A DNA stretch of 64,000 nucleotides from NCBI GenBank assembly GCA_963770565.1, contig CAVYQE010000001.1, forward strand, positions 1,088,001 through 1,152,000, read 5' to 3'. Both the position numbers and the translations under genes were made by a program. Positions 1 through 8,210 of this stretch are shown in pieces. The first letter of the stretch is position 1. Every line of letters starts with the position of its first letter. The notes beneath the pieces are model-generated. The model saw only the letters and a list, made by a program, of their open reading frames with translations. It did no database searches and was not told where the DNA came from. The DNA is from an uncultured Actinomycetota bacterium. GTDB lineage: Bacteria > Actinomycetota > Actinomycetes > JAFAQI01.

Positions 1-969
1 GGCATAGACCATGAAGAACCGCAGGTCGCGTACCGCGTACCCGCGAAGCGCCTCGTAGTGCGTCGCGACGTCGACCGGCCGCAGGAAGTCCGGCATGCCG
101 GCCAGCCCGAGCGCCGCGGCGATGTCCTGGAAGACCAGGTGCGCGTAGGTGATCCACGCCACGTCGAGCTCGCAGGGGCCGAGCCCGGCCATCTCCCAGT
201 CGAGCAGCGCGGCCGGCGCGAAGTCGTCGTAGAGGACATTGCCGATCCGCGCGTCGCCCCACGACAGCACGGTCGGGCTCTGATGCGACGGCCAGTTTGC
301 ATCGAGCCAGTCGAAGCCGCGTTCGACCAGCGGAGAGGCCGCACCCTCGCGCGCGACCATGTCGTACCAGCCGCGGGTGGTCGCGACGTGGCGGCGCAGG
401 TGGGTGTCACCAGGCTGCGCGCGTTCGAGGAAACCGAACCGCCCCTCGGCATCGCCGATGTCGTGCAGCGCGGCGATCGCCTCGACCGTCGTGGTCTGCA
501 CCCGCCGTTGTTGCTCCGGGTCCGCGTCGTACAGCCAGTTGTCACCGAATGTGTAGGGCATGACGTCGGGCGGGACGGCGCCGTCGACCCGGCCCATCAC
601 GAAGAACGGCGCGCCGAGCGGCTCGGGCGAGCTCTCGCACCACCAGGCGTGGGGGACCGGGACGCGGGTGTGCGCCGCGACGGCGCGGATCACGTCGAAC
701 TGCGCCTGCAGGTCATACGTCGGGAAGACCGGCACGTCGGCGGCGTCGGGTGCCATCCGCGCGACCAGCCGCTCTTCGTGCCATCCGTCGACGGCGATCC
801 AGTTGGCGGCAAACAACACGGTGTCGCTCGACATGCCGTTGGCCTCGACGCTGCTGAGGTCGCTGACCCGCGGGGTCTGGCCGTCGGCGAGGGTCGGTCC
901 GAGCGTGTCGGCGAGCCAGCGCTGGAGCCGCTGTTGCACCTGCCCGGGATCGCGGCTGCTGCGCTGCAT
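1..969 (-). CDS. Phosphotransferase (APH/choline-kinase-like) family protein, runs off the window start
   Basis: Manual minus-strand translation from ATG at 969 (MQRSSRDPGQVQQRLQRWLADTL...NGMSSDTVLF); kinase-like WGDARIGNVLY and LLDWEM motifs; ATG overlaps the TetR stop (TGATG). Not in the ORF track because no stop lies in the window. Confidence 0.85.
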   Translation of the reverse strand, partial: MQRSSRDPGQVQQRLQRWLADTLGPTLADGQTPRVSDLSSVEANGMSSDTVLFAANWIAVDGWHEERLVARMAPDAADVPVFPTYDLQAQFDVIRAVAAHTRVPVPHAWWCESSPEPLGAPFFVMGRVDGAVPPDVMPYTFGDNWLYDADPEQQRRVQTTTVEAIAALHDIGDAEGRFGFLERAQPGDTHLRRHVATTRGWYDMVAREGAASPLVERGFDWLDANWPSHQSPTVLSWGDARIGNVLYDDFAPAALLDWEMAGLGPCELDVAWITYAHLVFQDIAAALGLAGMPDFLRPVDVATHYEALRGYAVRDLRFFMVYA

Positions 970-1604
970 CAGCTCATCGATTGCAAGGTCGTGGTCACCA
1001 CCAGCGCGACCGCGTGCGCGAACTCCTTCGCGCCGTCCGCGCCCTGGTTGAGCGCCCGGGTGAACAACGCTCCGAGCATGACGTCGAACAACGCGTCGAC
1101 GCTGACTGCCGGGGTCCGGCCGGTCTTGGCGATGAAGGCTTCGAAGGACACCCGCATCGGTATGACGCTTCGCTGGACCACTCGCTGCCACATCAACGGG
1201 TCGTTCTGGTACTCGACCAGCAGCCCGGGGATGGCGGCGCGGATCGCCGGGTCGGAGAGGTATTCGAGGATCTGCTGGCAGTACGGCTGCAGGTCGGTGA
1301 TGACATCGCCGGTCAGCGCCTCGGGCGCCAGCAGACCGGAGGGGAACACCGCCTCCTCGATCAGCTCGGCCTTGCTCGACCAGCGGCGGTAGACGCTCGG
1401 GGCGCTGACCTCGGCCCGGCGCGCGATCGCCTGGATTGTGGTCGCCTGGTAGCCGTCCTCGACGAGCAGCTCCAACGTGGCCCGGCGGATCGCGGCGTCG
1501 ACCCGCGGATCGCGGGGCCGCCCGACCCTCGACGTGGTGACGCCGGCGGGACCGGTCGTGCGCGCCCCGGGCCCGGCAGCAGCGCCGCCTACCGGGTCGG
1601 ACAT
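969..1604 (-). CDS. TetR/AcrR family transcriptional regulator
   Basis: GRPRDPRVDAAIRRATLELLVEDGYQATTIQAIARRAEVSAPSVYRRW helix-turn-helix; start placed at ATG 1604 (ORF track starts at 1640). Confidence 0.9.
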   Translation of the reverse strand: MSDPVGGAAAGPGARTTGPAGVTTSRVGRPRDPRVDAAIRRATLELLVEDGYQATTIQAIARRAEVSAPSVYRRWSSKAELIEEAVFPSGLLAPEALTGDVITDLQPYCQQILEYLSDPAIRAAIPGLLVEYQNDPLMWQRVVQRSVIPMRVSFEAFIAKTGRTPAVSVDALFDVMLGALFTRALNQGADGAKEFAHAVALVVTTTLQSMS

Positions 1605-1680
1605 GCGGCCGACCCTAAAACGTTTCGTGGTGTAACGCAACGAAGCCGACCTGCCTCGCCCGATGCTGAGAACAGGGTGC

Positions 1681-2226
1681 TTAGAACAGGGCCGGTTGAC
1701 CGTACGGGGTGGCTCCTTCGATCCCGAGCAGCCGCAGCTTGGTGGTCACGCCGCCGCGCGCGGAGAACCCGCCGAGCTTGCCGCCGGCCGCCAACACCCG
1801 GTGGCACGGGACGATCAGCGGCACCGGGTTGTGCCCGAGCGCCTGGCCGACCTCCCGGGCCGCACGCGGCTCGCCGAGCCGGGCGGCGATCTCGCCGTAG
1901 GTCGTCGTGTCGCCGGGCGCGATGCCGCGCGCGATCTCATAGACCCGCTGGTCGAACTCGGGCGTCGCGGCGAGGTCGACCGCGATGTCGCGCAGGTCGG
2001 CCGGCTCGCCGGCCACGAGCGCGATGATGCCGTCGATCGCGTGCTGCACCTCAGCCGGCGGATCGGCCGTCTCGGCCTCGGCCTGCGGATACTGCCGCTC
2101 GATCCGCGCGAGGGTCGCGGCGTCGTCGCGCTCGGGCAGCTGCACCCCGATCACGCCGCGCTCGGCCCAGACGATGCCGACGCCGCCGATCGCGGTGGCG
2201 AACACGATGTAGCGGGCGGTGCTCAT
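1681..2226 (-). CDS. ogt: Methylated-DNA--protein-cysteine S-methyltransferase
   Basis: Active-site VPCHRV motif, TTYGEIA and AREVGQALGHNP. Confidence 0.93.
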   Translation of the reverse strand: MSTARYIVFATAIGGVGIVWAERGVIGVQLPERDDAATLARIERQYPQAEAETADPPAEVQHAIDGIIALVAGEPADLRDIAVDLAATPEFDQRVYEIARGIAPGDTTTYGEIAARLGEPRAAREVGQALGHNPVPLIVPCHRVLAAGGKLGGFSARGGVTTKLRLLGIEGATPYGQPALF

Positions 2227-2268
2227 GGTCGGCACGCTAGCGCCCGGGTATGACACCCGAGCCCACGC

Positions 2269-3543
2269 TCACTCCGGCTCGTCGGGCTGGCGGTCGAGCT
2301 GGTCGAGCCGGTGGGTCAGGAACTCCCGCTCGACCCCGTTGTCGGTGAGCGCGACCGCGGCTTGGTACTCCGCTCGCGCCTCCGCCACTCGCCCGGCCCG
2401 GCGCAGGAAATCGGCCCGCGCGGCCGGTAGGTAGCGGTACCCGGATAGCTCCGGCTGGTCGGCGATCTCGTCGATGGCGAGCAGCCCGGCCTGGGGTCCC
2501 TTGGCCATCCCGATCGCGACCGCCCGGTTGAGCGCGACCACCGGCGAGGGCCAGATCGCACAGAGCCCGTCGTACAACGAGACCACCTCGTCCCAGTCGG
2601 TGGCTTCCCAGGTGCGGGCAGAGGCGTGGACCGCAGCGATCGCAGCCTGCAGCGCGTAGCGACCGGGCGGCCGATGGCAGGACGCTTCGCGGACCAGCAG
2701 CAGACCCTCGCGGATCTCGCCGGCGTCCCACTGCGAGCGATCCTGTTCTTCGAGCACGAGGAGCCGGCCGGTGCGGTCCACCCGGGTGTTTCGGCGGGCG
2801 TCGGTGAGCAGGATCAACGCGAGCAGGCCGGCCACGTCAGGGTCACGCGGCAGAAGCAGTCGCAGCATCCGGGCCAGGTCGAGGGCGCGCTCGACCAGGT
2901 CGCGGCGGACGAGGTCCTCGCTGACCGGGGCGGTGTGCCCGGTGGTGAAGACCAGGTGCACGACTCCGAGTACGGCGCTGAGCCGCTCGGGCAGCTCGCG
3001 GGCCGGCGGCACCCGGTAGGGGATCTTGGCGGCCGCGATCTTCTTCTTGGCCCGGGTCAGGCGGGCCGCCATCGTGGACTCGCTGACCAGGAACGCCCTG
3101 GCCACCTCTGCCGTCGTGAGGCCGCAGAGCAGCCGGAGGGTCAGCGCGACCTGGGCCTCCGGTGCGAGCGCCGGGTGGCAGCAGGTGCAGATCAGTCGCA
3201 GCCGGTCGTCGGGGATCTCGGCCTCGTCGATCTCGATCTCGGGCTCGACCTCGGCATCTACCAGCAGCGGCAGCGACCTCGCGAGGGTGGCGTCCCGGCG
3301 AAGCTGGTCGAGGGCCCGGCGGCGGGCGACCGTGGTAAGCCATGCGCCCGGCCGATCCGGGATCCCGCGGCTCTCCCACACCGACAGCGCCTTGGCATAG
3401 GCGTCCTGGACGCACTCCTCGGCGCGGTCGACGTCGCCGGCGACCCGCAGCGTCGCGGCGAGGACGAAGCCCCACTCGCGACGGTGCGCGTCGGCGACGG
3501 CCGCCGCGACGTCGGCCTGCGACGGCCGCGACGTTGCGTTCAG
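2269..3543 (-). CDS. ECF RNA polymerase sigma factor with C-terminal TPR-like extension (ECF42-type)
   Basis: AEECVQDA, PGAWLTTVARRRALD, DDRLRLICTCCHPAL, LTRAKKKI, YALQAAIAAVH, SPVVALNRAVA; downstream of a DGPF gene; start probably the CTG at 3543. Confidence 0.9.
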   Translation of the reverse strand: MNATSRPSQADVAAAVADAHRREWGFVLAATLRVAGDVDRAEECVQDAYAKALSVWESRGIPDRPGAWLTTVARRRALDQLRRDATLARSLPLLVDAEVEPEIEIDEAEIPDDRLRLICTCCHPALAPEAQVALTLRLLCGLTTAEVARAFLVSESTMAARLTRAKKKIAAAKIPYRVPPARELPERLSAVLGVVHLVFTTGHTAPVSEDLVRRDLVERALDLARMLRLLLPRDPDVAGLLALILLTDARRNTRVDRTGRLLVLEEQDRSQWDAGEIREGLLLVREASCHRPPGRYALQAAIAAVHASARTWEATDWDEVVSLYDGLCAIWPSPVVALNRAVAIGMAKGPQAGLLAIDEIADQPELSGYRYLPAARADFLRRAGRVAEARAEYQAAVALTDNGVEREFLTHRLDQLDRQPDEPE

Positions 3544-3887
3544 CTGATCACCATGACCGGTCGGACCTCGACGCCGCCGAAGCGGGCCGGGACCTGCTTG
3601 GCAATCGCGATCGCCTCGTCGAGGTCGGCCGCCTCGATCAGGTAGAAGCCGCCGAGGGCTTCCTTGGTCTCGGCGAACGGACCGTCGGTCACCACCGGGC
3701 TGCCCGATGCATCGGTGCGGATGGAGGTGGCGGTCCCGGTCGGCTGAAGGGCGTTGCCGCCGACGATCGCCTTTGCGTTCGCCTCGCCGAACTTGCCGTG
3801 CTCGGCGCCGACCTCGGCCCACAGCTCGGCGCCACCGGCTACGTAACCGGCCTCGTCCTCATAGATCAGCACGACGTACTGCGACAT
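3540..3887 (-). CDS. YCII-related (DGPF) protein
   Basis: VVTDGPFAETKEALGGFYLIEAADLDEA signature. Confidence 0.93.
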   Translation of the reverse strand: MSQYVVLIYEDEAGYVAGGAELWAEVGAEHGKFGEANAKAIVGGNALQPTGTATSIRTDASGSPVVTDGPFAETKEALGGFYLIEAADLDEAIAIAKQVPARFGGVEVRPVMVIS

Positions 3888-3936
3888 GTCGGAGTTCCCT
3901 TCCGTTAGGTCCGCGAGCCGGACCGGCTATCTCTTC

Positions 3937-3963
3937 GACGTACCGGCATCGCCGGGATCGACA
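3937..3963 (-). promoter_or_regulatory. Putative ECF42-type promoter (TGTCGA-N17-CGTC)
   Basis: Minus strand TGTCGAtcccggcgatgccggtaCGTC, 50 bp upstream of the DGPF gene; the same motif precedes the second DGPF gene. Confidence 0.7.
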
Positions 3964-4125
3964 ACAAGTGTCCCCTGATCGGCCGTCCTGCCGAATAGGT
4001 GAACTTTCTCGGGTCGACCGCGTGCTAGGCAAAAGAAACTCCGCCCGGCTACAGACATTTGCCGCTCGGTGGGACTAGCGTGCCGCCGACGGGCAATGGG
4101 ACACCACACAGCAAAGGGTTGATTT

Positions 4126-7100
4126 GTGAGCACATCAGGGAACACCGGATCAGTTCGCAAGCACCTCTCCCGAGTCGTGACCCTTGGCGCATCAAGCGTC
4201 GTGGTCGCAAGCTTCATGGCCGGACCGGTTCCCGCGGTGGCCGCGGGCGCGGCTCCGATGACTCAGATCTCCGCCAACTACGCGCGCGTCGCGAATGCCG
4301 CCCGGCTGCCGGCCGGCGCCCGCCGGCTCGGCGCAGCGGCAGCAAGTGCGAAGGTCAGCGGCGAGGTCGCCCTGGCGCCCCGCAACTCCGCCGCCCTCGC
4401 GCGGGCCGCGGCCGCGGTCTCGAACCCGCGGTCAAAGAGCTATCACCACTTCATCGCCAAGGGCGACTTCGTCGCGAGCTACGGCCCGTCCCAGGCCACC
4501 ATCAACGCGGTCAAGGCGACCCTCGAATCAGCCCACCTGAAGGTCACCTCGCTGTCGGGCAACCATCTGCTGGTGCGCTTCAGCGGCACGGTCGGCGCGG
4601 CCGAGAGCGCTTTCCGGACCCAGATCGCCAACGTTCGCCTGGCGAGTGGCCGGATGGCCATCGCGACGACCAAGGCGGTCTCGTTCCCGGCGTCGCTGGC
4701 TTCGCAGGTGGTCGCCGTCGTCGGCCTCAACACCCTCGCTGAGCCGCAGAGCAACATCAAGCGCGCGACGCACCCGGCGAAGGTCAAGGCGGTCACCCAT
4801 CGCTTCACCCCGCCGCCCAACTCGGCTACGCCGTGCGCGGCCGCGACCGGTATCGCTGCCGAGTTCGGCGGACTGACCGACGACCAGATCGCGCACTCCT
4901 ACGGCCTGGACAGCCTCTACGGCGCAGGCGACTTCGGGGCCGGCCAGACAGTGGCGATCTACGAGCTCGAGCCGTTCGACCTGACCGACCTCACCGCCTT
5001 CGACACCTGCTACTTCGGCCACACCCAGGCCACGACGATGACCGGCAACGTCACCGTGAAGAACGTCGACGGCGGTCCGGGCACCGGCTCGGGTAGCGGC
5101 GAGTCGATCCTCGACATCGAGAACGTCTCCGCGATCGCGCCCGGCGCCGACATCGACGTCTACCAGGCTCCCAACGGCGTGGCCGGCCCGATCGACCTCT
5201 ACAACGCGATCGTTCAGGACGACCTCGCGAACGTGGTGTCGACCAGCTGGGGCGAGTGCGAGGCGCTCGCGCAGTCCAGCGAACCCGGCGTGCTCAACGT
5301 GGAGAACGAGCTGTTCGAGCAGGCCGCGCTTCAGGGCCAGTCGGTGTTCGCCTCGACCGGCGACTCCGGCTCCGACGACTGCTCAGAGGACGCGCCGGTG
5401 CCGGTCGCCCCGACGCTGTCGACCGATGACCCGGCGAGCCAGCCATTCGTCACCGCGGTGGGCGGCACGACCACGACGAACGCCCAGCAGCCGCCGCAGC
5501 AGCAGGTCTGGAACGACGGCAACGTCGCCGGTGGCGCCGGTGGCGGAGTGTCGTCGGTCTGGGGCGCCCCGAGCTGGCAGCAACCGTTCCTCGACACCGC
5601 GTCGGCGGCCTCGGCCGTGACCAACGGCGGGCTCAGCCCCTGCCAGGAGTCGTCCTCCGACGGCGCGATGTGCCGCGAGGTGCCGGACGTGTCCGCCAAC
5701 GCGGACGAATACACCGGTGGCATCACGATCTACATCGGGGCCTTCGGCGGGTGGACCACGATCGGTGGCACCTCGTCGTCCGCGCCACTGTGGGCGGGGA
5801 TGATGGCCGAGATCAACGCCTCGAGCGGCTGCTCGGCCAACGTCGGCTTTGCCAGCCCGTCGTTGTATGCGGTCGCGTCGATCCCGGCCGACTACTCGGC
5901 GTCGTTCACCGATCTCGGTCCCGGCGACGGCAACAACGACGTCTACAACATCAGCGCCGGCCAGAACTATGCGACCAAGACCGGCTATGACATGGCGTCC
6001 GGTCTCGGCACCCCGATGTTGTCGGGCCCGACCGGACAGGCCGGTTTGGCGAGCTACCTGTGCGCGCTCGCCCCACCGGCATCGCGGCCCTCGATCACCT
6101 CGCTGTCACCGGCGACGGTGCTCGCGGGCGGCACTCCCAGCGGCACGTTGACCATCTCGGGCACCGGCTTCACCGGCGCGACCGCGTTGTCGGTCGGCGG
6201 TTACGACGTACCGAGTGGCGACTGGTCAGTGGCGGACGACAGCACGATCCACGTCACGACCATCCCGTCCGGCGCCCAGGCGCTCACCGGGAGCCAGGGA
6301 CCACAGGACGGGTCCGGCCGCGCGTTCGTCAGCGTCACCGGGGCCGACGGTACCTCCTCGGTCGGCAACGACCCGGACAGCGAGCTGCTCTACGTCGAGA
6401 GCGACACCGGCTCGCCGATCCCGTCGGTCGAAGGCGTGATGTCCTTCGGTGGTCCGCAGGCCGGCGGCAACACGGTGTCGGTCTTCGGCTCGGGCTTCTT
6501 CTCGAGCGGCCCGAATGCGGTGACCGACGTGACGGTCGGCGGGGTCGACGCCACCGACGTCACGGTCGTCAACGCCAACCAGCTGACGATCACGGTGCCG
6601 GCGTACTCATCCGGTACGACGGTCTGCAAGTCCGGCGACGACGAGGCCAACGACGTCTGCCAGGCCCAGGTCGTCGTGACCAACTCCAACGGCTCGAGCT
6701 CCACCGACACGATTCGGATCCCGTACACCGGCGCCCCGTTCGCGGGCACTACCGGTAGCAACACGGTGCCGGCCTGTGTCACGGAGACCACCTGCGAGGT
6801 CGTCCCGGCCGAGACCGAGTACGACTACCTGCCGACGCCGACCATCACCTCGGTGACGACCACCTCGCCGGGTGACTCGACGGTGTGGGCGAGCGAGCAG
6901 GGCACGACGATCGCGACGATCGACGGCTCCGGTTTCGACTCGCTCGGCTACCTGTGGGCGCTCGTGGGCAACCCGACGCTGAACTCCAGCCAGGACTTCC
7001 AGACGATCAGTCTCAGCCCGACCGAGGTCCAGGTCGTGCTCTTCGGTCACAACCCGACCAACGAGCCACGCTTGGCAAATCTGAGCGTGCAGACCCTGGC

Positions 7101-8076
7101 CGGCATCTCGGCGCCGTCGAGCTTCAAGTACGCCGGCGTCCCGCGGGTCACCGGGCTGTCGCCGCAGGGTGGCTCCGACCTCGGCGGCACGTCGGTCGGC
7201 ATCACCGGTTCGGGGTTCCAGGGCGTCAGTGCGGCCGACGGCGGCCAGATCGCCTACATCTACGTCGAATTCGGCGTCGCGACCAGCCAGCTGTCCGGCT
7301 ACACAGCCAACAGTGACACCTCGATCACCGCGACCACACCGCAGAACAACCCGGGAGTGTTCCTGGTGTCGGTGTGTACGGTCACGTTCTGCTCCGAGCC
7401 GAACACCGAGTCGTCGTTCGAACACTCGTTGTACGACTTCTACCAGCCCGGAGCGCCGGTCGTGACGAGCCTGAGCGTCAAGTCGGGTCCGGCGTCGGGA
7501 GGCACGCGGATCGCAATCCACGGCCAGAACCTGGCCGATGTGTTCTCGGTGAGCTTCGGCAAGAACGTGGCCGAGGCGAGCAACCTGCCCCAGATCCTGA
7601 CCAACGGGAGTAGCACCGAGATCGACGCCATCGTGCCGCCCGGTACGGCGGGATCGACGGTGCACGTCCGGGTGCAGACCGCGGAGACGTTCTTCACCAA
7701 CTCTGCGCCGAGCGCGCCGGTCGCGGCGTCGAGCTTCACCTACAAGCCCAGCGTGGCGGCACCGCCGCAGGACGTGAAGGGAAAGAAGCACGGGACCGCC
7801 GTGTCGGTGACCTGGAAGGCTCCGCTGAGCACCGGCGGCAGCCCGATCACGAAGTACCGGGTCAGCGCGGTCGCGCAGCCGAACAGCTTCAAGAAGGGCG
7901 CGAAGAAGCCACCGACCGTCGTGGTGGTCACCAAGCACGGTTCGGCCCGGTCGGCGACCGTGACCGGCCTGCGCGGTGGCTGGGTCTATGAGATCAAGGT
8001 GCAGGCCGTCACCAGCAAGGGCCGTGGCCTGGCCGGGATCTCGGAGCGGTTCTTCTTCATCACCGATCCGGTCTGA
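4126..8076 (+). CDS. Secreted S53 (sedolisin/kumamolisin-like) peptidase with pro-domain, IPT/TIG repeats and C-terminal FN3
   Basis: Signal-like N-terminus, pro-kumamolisin region, GESILDIE (Glu/Asp), STGDSG (oxyanion Asp), GGTSSSAP (catalytic Ser), GYDMASGLGTP, several P..GGT.V.I.G.GF IPT repeats, FN3 VTWKAPLSTGGSPITKY. Confidence 0.9.
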   Translation: MSTSGNTGSVRKHLSRVVTLGASSVVVASFMAGPVPAVAAGAAPMTQISANYARVANAARLPAGARRLGAAAASAKVSGEVALAPRNSAALARAAAAVSNPRSKSYHHFIAKGDFVASYGPSQATINAVKATLESAHLKVTSLSGNHLLVRFSGTVGAAESAFRTQIANVRLASGRMAIATTKAVSFPASLASQVVAVVGLNTLAEPQSNIKRATHPAKVKAVTHRFTPPPNSATPCAAATGIAAEFGGLTDDQIAHSYGLDSLYGAGDFGAGQTVAIYELEPFDLTDLTAFDTCYFGHTQATTMTGNVTVKNVDGGPGTGSGSGESILDIENVSAIAPGADIDVYQAPNGVAGPIDLYNAIVQDDLANVVSTSWGECEALAQSSEPGVLNVENELFEQAALQGQSVFASTGDSGSDDCSEDAPVPVAPTLSTDDPASQPFVTAVGGTTTTNAQQPPQQQVWNDGNVAGGAGGGVSSVWGAPSWQQPFLDTASAASAVTNGGLSPCQESSSDGAMCREVPDVSANADEYTGGITIYIGAFGGWTTIGGTSSSAPLWAGMMAEINASSGCSANVGFASPSLYAVASIPADYSASFTDLGPGDGNNDVYNISAGQNYATKTGYDMASGLGTPMLSGPTGQAGLASYLCALAPPASRPSITSLSPATVLAGGTPSGTLTISGTGFTGATALSVGGYDVPSGDWSVADDSTIHVTTIPSGAQALTGSQGPQDGSGRAFVSVTGADGTSSVGNDPDSELLYVESDTGSPIPSVEGVMSFGGPQAGGNTVSVFGSGFFSSGPNAVTDVTVGGVDATDVTVVNANQLTITVPAYSSGTTVCKSGDDEANDVCQAQVVVTNSNGSSSTDTIRIPYTGAPFAGTTGSNTVPACVTETTCEVVPAETEYDYLPTPTITSVTTTSPGDSTVWASEQGTTIATIDGSGFDSLGYLWALVGNPTLNSSQDFQTISLSPTEVQVVLFGHNPTNEPRLANLSVQTLAGISAPSSFKYAGVPRVTGLSPQGGSDLGGTSVGITGSGFQGVSAADGGQIAYIYVEFGVATSQLSGYTANSDTSITATTPQNNPGVFLVSVCTVTFCSEPNTESSFEHSLYDFYQPGAPVVTSLSVKSGPASGGTRIAIHGQNLADVFSVSFGKNVAEASNLPQILTNGSSTEIDAIVPPGTAGSTVHVRVQTAETFFTNSAPSAPVAASSFTYKPSVAAPPQDVKGKKHGTAVSVTWKAPLSTGGSPITKYRVSAVAQPNSFKKGAKKPPTVVVVTKHGSARSATVTGLRGGWVYEIKVQAVTSKGRGLAGISERFFFITDPV

Positions 8077-8085
8077 TTCGGCGAG

Positions 8086-8116
8086 CCGGTCGCCGGGTGA
8101 CATGCCCGGCGACCGG
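8086..8116 (+). terminator. Perfect 12-bp GC hairpin, likely terminator between the two peptidase genes
   Basis: ccggtcgccggg-tgacatg-cccggcgaccgg, 10 bp after the stop codon; no clear U tract. Confidence 0.55.
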
Positions 8117-8210
8117 GATTGCCGAAATCAAAGAATGTCCGAATCGTTACGTGCGATCCTGCAAGTCTGACTAGCGCACCGGATCAGGGTGTGGTCGGGT
8201 TAAACACGGT

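Noticed and set aside
58-1392. Long antisense/overlapping ORFs (e.g. 58-1392, 13310-15175, 49059-50822)
   Set aside because: Shadow ORFs typical of high-GC DNA, lying opposite well-supported genes and with Arg/Gly/Pro-rich nonsense composition.
4073-8176. GACTAGCG shared upstream of both S53 genes (4073, 8169)
   Set aside because: Only 8 bp and at different distances from the starts; could be a -10 element but too weak to call.
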